Assembly (NCBI GenBank): GCA_002269645.1
Contig: NIVC01000290.1
Span: forward strand, 84,178 to 148,177
Source of the DNA: Macrostomum lignano
Taxonomy: Eukaryota
DNA: 64,000 nt
Direction: 5' to 3'
Below are positions 56,301 to 64,000 of the stretch, piece by piece. Position 1 is the stretch's first letter, and every line of letters starts with the position of its first letter. A program made the position numbers and the translations under genes. The notes under the pieces were generated by a model, which saw only the letters and a program-made list of their open reading frames with translations, was not told where the DNA came from and ran no database searches.

Positions 56301-59300
56301 CGGCCTTTGAACAGTTTGTCCACTGTAAATCCGCCCATCTCAGGCGATAGTCTGCGGTACAGTGGGTAGCCAGTATCGCTGGTCAGCGTCACCTGCTGGA
56401 ACTCTTTCGGAAAGCCCTTGCTGCATTCGCCATTCTCCATGCAAGGACACGCCGGATTCTCCTTGCCGCAGGGGCCATGGATCATGTGCGTCTTCACCAG
56501 CTCATACAGCACAGGCTGCTGCTCTGGGTCCGGAATCTCGGCAGACACGATGTCATCGTATCGGTCCGGAGTCACTCGCTGACCGCTCATGAGCCACAGC
56601 AGAAAGTGCACATGGGGAAGACCTGGAGCGTCAAAAAAGTATTAAAAAATATCACAAAACCTTTGTAAATCTAAATTTTAATAAATCTTAAAACTTTGAT
56701 TCTTGCAAGTCAGAATTTTTACTCACCACGCTTCTGGTACTCCAGTGAGCAAACGTGAGCGGCCTCTTTCCCATAGCGCTTGGTCAACTGGGCCAGAAGA
56801 GCTTTCCTCTTCATTTCAAAGACTCGGCTAACAATGTCCGGCCGGTCTTCTGCCCGCTGTCCAGGCAGCAGCTGAGCGCTGATCTCCGGCCATTTCGGAT
56901 TGCACGTTGCGGTGACAAACAGGTCCGGCTTACCGAACTTGTGAACATAGGTCATAGCGTCCTGTAGCCTCTCCATCAGGTACCTTGGCCCGCCAACGAA
57001 GCTCGAAGACAGAAGCACATGCGCGGGCTTGCCTATGTCACTCGGATCTCTGTCGGTAGACCTGCCATCAGCTGCAAACAGAGCGTCCCGCAGACCGCTG
57101 TATGTCTCGCTGCGCAGGTCCTGCTGATGGGTCCGCAAATACAGCAGCCTCTCTGCCTCAATCTTGGCACACATGTCCACCAAGTACTGCTGAAATAATC
57201 TTCGGCCATAGTGCAGCACACTGAACTGGCCCGCTCGCACCATGATTTCGCTCGCATAGTATTTCATGGGCGTCAATTTCTTGCCATTACTCATCAGCAA
57301 CTCCGGGTGCCAGCCATCTTCGCCATTCGGGAACAGCAGCACATACTCCAGCGGGTCATATGAGCGGTGCGTCTCGCTGATTCTCTGGGAACCGCCACCA
57401 CGCAGTTGAATCACGACGTCCCGACTGGCCGGTGTGTTCTCATTGTCCTCCACAATCAGGATACCGACCTCGTTCGCCGTAGGCAAGTTGTAGCGCCTGA
57501 TTTTGAACGGAGTTTGTGGGATACAGAGTCTGTACAAATTGGATAATTGGATAATTTATTACGCAAAATATCTTATTAGAATGTCTTGCAGACATACCGA
57601 ATGTGTTCCCCAGATGGTCGACGGTCAGGGTGAATTACGATTCGCGCATCTCCCAACTCCGGATCTTGACTGATTCGATGAGCGACTGCCCTCAGGCTGC
57701 GGACATAGCCGTTGCACTCGTGAAGCAGCGTCTGCAATAGCTCCAGTAGCTCCGGCTTCACCTTCTGGCTGAGACTCTGGCGGCTTTCAAGTTCGCGATC
57801 ATTGAAATACACCTGCCAGCCATGGGGCTCAGCTGAATCCTCTGCAAACAGCGGCGCCGTGTTGTGATGCAACTGGCCGCTGATGATGAAGCTGGGACAC
57901 CAGCCTGGCACCAACCGCAGTTTGGCACCCAGCGATGTCAGGTGCAGCGCCGAGTTGTAACTCCGAATGTTGGTCAGGAACTCGGCACTCATTCTGTGCC
58001 GCCCCAGGTACAGATCTGCCAGCACTTGAGGCACGGTGCGGCTGGGCAGCTTCACCTTGCCTTTGGCGCAGCAGAAATTCCTCGTCTCAGAGCACCAAAG
58101 TAATGCACCGCATTGGTCGCATGCTCTGTCCATTGGGCCACAGTTATGGGCTGGCGCTTCAGGCCTGATAATCCGTTCTGGCCTGTGATTAGAAGGATTA
58201 GGATTAGGAAGGATTAATGGCAAACAGTTTTCCCAGTTAATCTTTCAGCTTACAAAAAAATTTATTGGAATAAAACAACTTGAGTTCGATGACAAATAAA
58301 TTATGATGACCAGTCACACCAATGACCTACCTCTCTTGAGCAGGTCTTGCGCCAAAATGACATGCACTCTGCTGAGTTAATCTTGGCTCCTCTGCATCTA
58401 CAATGGGCTCAGAAACTGGAATCGGATTAGCAAATCGCAATGACTCATAATGCTCATGACGCAAAAGAATTCGGACGATTGCAATCGGTGGCTGCAAAGG
58501 GGACATACAGTACTGCAGTACAGTGCCGTTTTCTTGATAAATCACCAGATCAACATTAAAACAACGGCTTAAAAGCGGAACAACTTCATCAGGCACATAT
58601 GTGCCTTCAGAAAAAGAGGAATCAACAATGAAATCAGCATTTTCTGGCAAAACAAAGCCTTGTTCAATCAATTCTGGCATAATCTGCACTACACGGCTCG
58701 TCAGCTCGTGTCTTAAAGATGCCGCATCGGTCTCAAGTGGAGTGCCCTGCAACTGATCACAGACTGCATAAAAAAAACAGTTCCCATCACCAGGAATGCG
58801 AATTATGCGCAACGCATCAAAAGGTACCACAGACGGTGTGGCCAACTCACTACTATCAAACCTGGAATATAGGAAAAAAATTATACACAACTTCATTTGC
58901 CGGTAATTAAAGTAGTGACGAATAAATTTTATGCTATTCTATACTGATCTCTTAAATAAAACTCTTGGAAAGCAATCGACTTGAAAAGATGAGAAAAAAT
59001 GCACGAAACAGATTCCAGTTTTTAATTATATGCCCAAGTACCAATAAAACATCAGCTAAGATAGAAAATACCCCGAATTAGGCACAAAGGGCACTTGGAT
59101 TTTATATAGCTATAAAATATATAGCTCCAATTAAAATGTCATCCTACCTGCCAGCCGACACTCCTCGACGGCGAATTTGCTCGGCTTCCACTCGAGCTCT
59201 TCGTTGCTCTTCGGTTTCTGAAGCGCGTCGCTTCTCCGCACGAGTTCTGTCTCCAGATCTACGCTCTTCTCGCTGAGCGTCTGTTTCCGTTGCCCTTCGC

Positions 59301-59626
59301 TCAGCATTTTCCTGCCGGAGTCTCGTCAGGCGCTCTTCTCGCTGAGCGTCGGTTTCAGTTGCCCTTCGCTCAGCCTCCTGCTGCCGGTGTCCAGCCAGCC
59401 GCTCTTCTCGCTGCGCGTCAGTCTCCATGGCCGTTCGCTCAGCCTTCTGCTGCCGCAGTCCAGCCAACCGCTCTTCTCGCTGCGCGTCAGTCTCCATGGC
59501 CGTTCGCTCATTCTTCTGCTGCCGCAGTCCAGCCAGCCGCTCCTCTCGCTCAACGGCACTCTCTTGCTGACGCTTCTTCTTGGCATCTCTGCTCTTCTTC
59601 AATGCGCTGGTGCCACGTCGAGCCAT
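53340..59626 (-). CDS. Helitron Rep/helicase with N-terminal ETxxQREERL repeats and OTU protease; 9 exons (59148-59626, 58331-58861, 57598-58182, 56727-57496, 56280-56622, 55895-56192, 54752-55772, 54260-54656, 53340-54104), about 1730 aa; one frameshift and one mutated donor
   Basis: OTU GDGNCFF..HYESL; Zn-finger CDQC..CC. Rep motifs FVTATCNPKW, EYQKRGLPHVH and KYVIKYLLKG. PIF1 motifs DAPAGTGKT, WDEISM, GDFRQLLPVV, QFPVKPSFCLTIHKSQG and HGQLYTALSR. 1-bp deletion near 55235. Intron 5 starts GGAAGT instead of GTAAGT. Confidence 0.9.
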
Positions 59627-60936
59627 ATTGGAATTCAAATTGAAAGATAAGAATTTTGAGTTATAATGAAAAGAAAGGATAGTAGGGGTTGTGTGCGAGA
59701 AAAGAGAAAGGTATGAAGTCTATAATGTCACGCGTTTTAAACTCAGCAACCACCCAATCCCAAAAAGCTGGACACCATTTGTACACTGTTAGACTGTCAG
59801 TGTGTACAGCAAGCCTAAATTCTCTCCAATACCCGCCTGCTAATTGGTCAGGACTCTTTTTATTATTCAATACTCTCTCTCAAACACCTAACTCTAACTC
59901 TCCTATGTGAAAGGATTCAGATAAATTTTCTGAAGGAGGCGCAAGCCTCAGTAGCCAATGTACATCTATCTCTGTGGCACTTTTGGACTTTTTTATAATC
60001 AGACGGTTTTATTACATTTTGGAGGGTCAGTCTCAAACATGGTTCGTATATTGTGAATCAATTAGATACTGTATATATGTGCATGTATTTCACTCTCTCA
60101 CTCTCCCTCTCTCCAGCATTTAAAGTTAGTATGTCAATTGTGCACGGGAAGATTTTATAATGTACAATCTTTTCTCGCAGTGTACATTTATAGTTCTCTA
60201 GCCTGGCGACAAAAAATACTACTTTACTGGGCGCTGCAAAGTTTAATTCCAATCAGAATGGCTCACAGTAGGAAGTTCTGCTTGACCCTTGCAGAAAGGC
60301 ATGTGTGTTATTCGAATATTCGCGCTTCTTCTATGCTTTACAGGAACTTTTCATGCTTAAAATGACACTTCTTTTACGATTTTTATGACACTTGTGGTTC
60401 TGAATTAGTAAGCCTCGACGCTAGCATTTTTTAGGTTTTTCATGACGCTTCTTTTATGTTTAACAAAAATTACACTATAAGATGAGCACGAAGCAGTTAT
60501 GACATAATCAATTTTTCAATCGTCAGTATGGTTACGCAGTCTAAATCAAGTCTCGTAATATGCTTCTACACAGTGTTTTCAACACTGTGACGCAATTCAA
60601 GGCGGAGGTACAATTCAGCTGTTATGCAATCTTTATCACAATCAGAATTCAGTCAGTCAGTTTTTTCTCTAGCATTTTTACAATGCATTTCAGGTCGAAA
60701 GAGCTGCTTGACCTTTGCAAAAAAGCATGTTTTTCGAATATTTAATCCCTTTAAAATTGAGCATTTTCTTAGCCAAGATGCATGTACCGTCCCAGGAAAA
60801 TTTCTGATCGAATGGTGCAAGTTTGAAGAAAATCGGTTGAGCCATTTTTTCTGAAATCTATCGCATACCTACCCACATACAGACAACTCATTTTTAGTAT
60901 ATAGGATACAAACCTTAGAGATTTAGTATATTTAGA

Positions 60937-63900
60937 CTAGCAATCTTCGCCCCCCGATGGGGGACATCTGGATAGAATCTCTGTTCTCTACAAGTAACAA
61001 AAAGACAGCCAGAAAATCCTTCACAAAGACAACAGACAAACTGCTCAAATGAAGTGAATTGCAATAAGAAATCTTCCCAAGACCACAAGCATCCCCCAGA
61101 TAGCAAGCATTCCCCGGATAGCAAGCATCCCTCAAATAGCAAGCATCCCCCAGATAGCAAGCATTCCCCAGATAGCAAGCATCCCTCAAATAGCAAGCAT
61201 CCCCCAGATAGCAAGCATCCCCCAGATAGCAAGCATCCCCAGATAGCAAGCATCCCCCAGATAGCAAACATCCCCCAGATAGCAAGCATCCCCCAGATAG
61301 CAAGCATTCCCCAGATAGCAAACATTCCCCAGATAGCAAGCATTCCCCAGATAGCAAGCATCCCTCAGATAGCAAGCATACCCCAAATAGCAAGCATCCC
61401 TCAGATAGCAAGCATCCCTCAGATAGCAAGCATCCCCCAGATAGCAAGCATCACTCAGATAGCAAGCATCCCTCAGATAGCAAGCATCCACCAGATAGCA
61501 AGCATCCCTCAGATAGCAAGCATCCCCCAAATTGCAAGCATCGCCCAGATAGCAAGCATCCCCCAGAAAGCAAGCATCCCCCAAATAGCAACCATCCACC
61601 AGACAAAAAGTAGCTAGAGCGACAATTTCCTTAGCTTTATAGTGGCTCCTTTAAATTGGCATGGCGCTTTATACCTTTACATTTGAAATTGTATATCTTG
61701 AATGTTTGACATGGTGGCTCTTTTATGTTTGACATGGTGGCTCTTTATTGTTCGACATGGTGGCTTTTTTATGTTTGACATGGTGGCTCTTGTATGTTCG
61801 ACATGGTGGCTCTTTTAATGGTCGACATGGTGGCTCTTTAATGTTCTTCATGTTGGCTCTTTTATGTTTGACATGCTGGCTTTTTTATGTTTGACATGGT
61901 GGCTCTTTTATGTTCGACATGGTGGCTCTTTTATGTTCTACATGGCTGCTCTTTTATGTTCGACATGGTGGCTCTTGTATGTTCGACATGGTCGCTCTTT
62001 TGGGTTTGAAATGGTGGCTCTTTAATATTTGACAAGGTGGCCCTTTAATGTTTAACATGGTGGCTCTTTAAATTTCGAAATGGTGGCTCCTTAATTTTCG
62101 AAATGGTGGCTGTTTTATGTTTGACATGGTGGCTCTTTAATGTTCGACATGGTGGCTCTTTAATGTTCTTAATGGTGTCTGTTTTATGTTTGACATGGTG
62201 GCTCTTTATTGTTCGACATGGTGGCTCTTTAGTTTTCGAAATGGTGGCTGTTTTATGTTTGACATGGTGGCTCTTTAATATTTGACAAGGTGGCCCTTTA
62301 ATGTTTAACATGGTGGCTCTTTAATTTTCGAAATGGTGGCTCCTTAATTTTCGAAATGGTGGCTCTTTTATGTTTGACATGGTGGCTCTTTAATGTTCGA
62401 CATGGTGGCTCTTTAATGTTCGACATGGTGGCTCTTTAATGTTCTTAATGGTGTCTGTTTTATGTTCGACATGGTGGCTCTTTTATGTTCGACATGGTGG
62501 CTCTTTAATGTTCGACATGGTGGCTCATTTAGGTTTGAAATGGTGGCTCTTTAATGTTTGACATTGTGGCTCTTTAATATTGGACAAGGTGGCTCTTTAA
62601 TGTTCGACATGGTGGCTCCTTAATTTTCGAAATGGTGGCTCCTTAATTTTCGAAATGGTGGCTGCTTTATGTTTGACATGGTGGCTCTTTAATGTTTGAC
62701 ATGGTAACTCTTTTATGTTTGATATGGTGGCTCTTTTATGTTCGACATGGTGGCTCTTTAATGTTCGACATGGTGGCTCCTTTAGGTTTGAAATGGTGGC
62801 TCTTTAATGTTTGACATTGTGGCTCTTTTATGTTCGACATGGTGGCTCTTTTAGGTTTGACATGGTGACTCTTAAATGTTTGACATGGTGGCTCTTTAAT
62901 GTTTCACATGGTGGCTCTTTAATATTTGACATAAAGTCACATATATGTTTGACATGGTGGCTCCTAAATGTTTGACATGGTGGCTCTTTAATGTTCGACA
63001 TGGTGGCTCCTTAATTTTCGAAATGGTGGCTCCTTAATTTTCGAAATGGTGGCTGCTTTATGTTTGACATGGTGGCTCTTTAATGTTTGACATGGTAACT
63101 CTTTTATGTTTGATATGGTGGCTCTTTTATGTTCGACATGGTGGCTCTTTAATGTTCGACATGGTGGCTCCTTTAGGTTTGAAATGGTGGCTCTTTAATG
63201 TTTGACATTGTGGCTCTTTTATGTTCGACATGGTGGCTCTTTTAGGTTTGACATGGTGACTCTTAAATGTTTGACATGGTGGCTCTTTAATGTTTCACAT
63301 GGTGGCTCTTTAATATTTGACATAAAGTCACATATATGTTTGACATGGTGGCTCCTAAATGTTTGACATGGTGGCTCTTTATGTTTGACATGGTGGCTCT
63401 TTTATGTTCGACATGGTGGATCTTTTTTGTTCTACATGGTAACTCTTTTATGTTTGATACGGTGGCTTTTGAATGTCTGACATGTTGGCTCTTTTATGTT
63501 TGACATGGTGGCTCTTAATTGTTTGACATAGTGGCTCTTTAATGTTCAAAATGGTGGCTCTTTAATGTTCGAAATGGTGGCTCTTTAATGTTCGAAATGG
63601 TGGCTGTTTTATGTTTGACATGGTGGCTCTTTTATGTTTGACATGGTGGCTCTTAATTGTTTGACATGGTAGCTCTTTAATGTTCGACATGGTAGCTCTT
63701 TTATGTTTGACATGGTAACTCTTTTATGTTCGATATGTTGGCTCTTCTATGTTTGACATTGCGCTTCTTTGATGTTTAGCAGTTTTGTTGTGTTTTTAAG
63801 GTGTTTTAATAAAAAAATCTTTTTGCACTACTATGATTCGAACCCAGGTCGCTACATTAGCATTCCAGTCTGTTCGCATCAGGCTATCTCTTTTCAATTG

Positions 63901-64000
63901 GAGAACATGAATTGTGGCCCTTATAATTCAATTCTTACAGCAAGTCAATTGGAGTAAAAAGTTATGACATAATCAATTTCTCAGTCAGCCAGTATCAGTC
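60937..64000 (-). mobile_element. Third Helitron (non-autonomous, satellite-expanded); 5' end lies beyond the window
   Basis: 3' end CCCCC-ATC-GGGGG..GATTGCTAG at 60937 is nearly identical to that at 50786. It has the same subterminal sequence and satellites. The window end resembles about 60495-60530 of the neighbour. Confidence 0.82.
61085..63770. repeat. Expanded Helitron-internal satellites: 18-bp (61085-61605) and 23-bp (61700-63770)
   Basis: Directly visible. Higher-order duplication of 391 bp (17 x 23) between 62641 and 63032. Confidence 0.93.

Larger units (their letters stand above)
50786..60906 (-). mobile_element. Autonomous-type Helitron (about 10.1 kb)
   Basis: 5' A|TCCTATATACTAAAAATG at 60906. 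3' hairpin CCCCC-AAC-GGGGG, then CGAAGATTGCTAG|T at 50786. Encodes RepHel. Confidence 0.88.

Overview
Eukaryotic (invertebrate animal) genomic DNA. The left half has short GC-rich exons separated by minisatellite-filled introns. The right half is AT-rich and dominated by transposons. The overall style resembles a free-living flatworm such as Macrostomum, but this is an unverified inference. Four intron-containing host genes lie on the + strand: mitochondrial ribosomal protein uS2m (MRPS2), the mitochondrial Era-like GTPase (ERAL1), an 8-exon SLC13/INDY-type transporter whose second intron has a GC donor, and a peptide-receptor-like class A GPCR with an unresolved N-terminus. Mobile DNA includes a tRNA-derived SINE with a 13-bp TSD, an internally deleted mariner, a foldback-like MITE and a complete 6.4-kb THAP/P-element (80-bp TIRs, 8-bp TSD) with a second inverted P end. 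There are also three head-to-tail Helitrons, one encoding a 9-exon STPR-repeat/OTU/Rep/PIF1 protein. The most unusual observations are: (1) a 277-bp TIR element carrying a copy of the 28S rRNA R2/Pokey/I-PpoI target region, altered at the cut site; (2) a Helitron chain whose members sit at their own 5'-end-like sequences; (3) an adjacent, co-oriented MRPS2-ERAL1 pair with an unpaired acceptor before the ERAL1 ATG, a possible trans-spliced operon; (4) a 46-bp micro-transposon with perfect TIRs and TSD. All coordinates were read by hand, and no database search was run.
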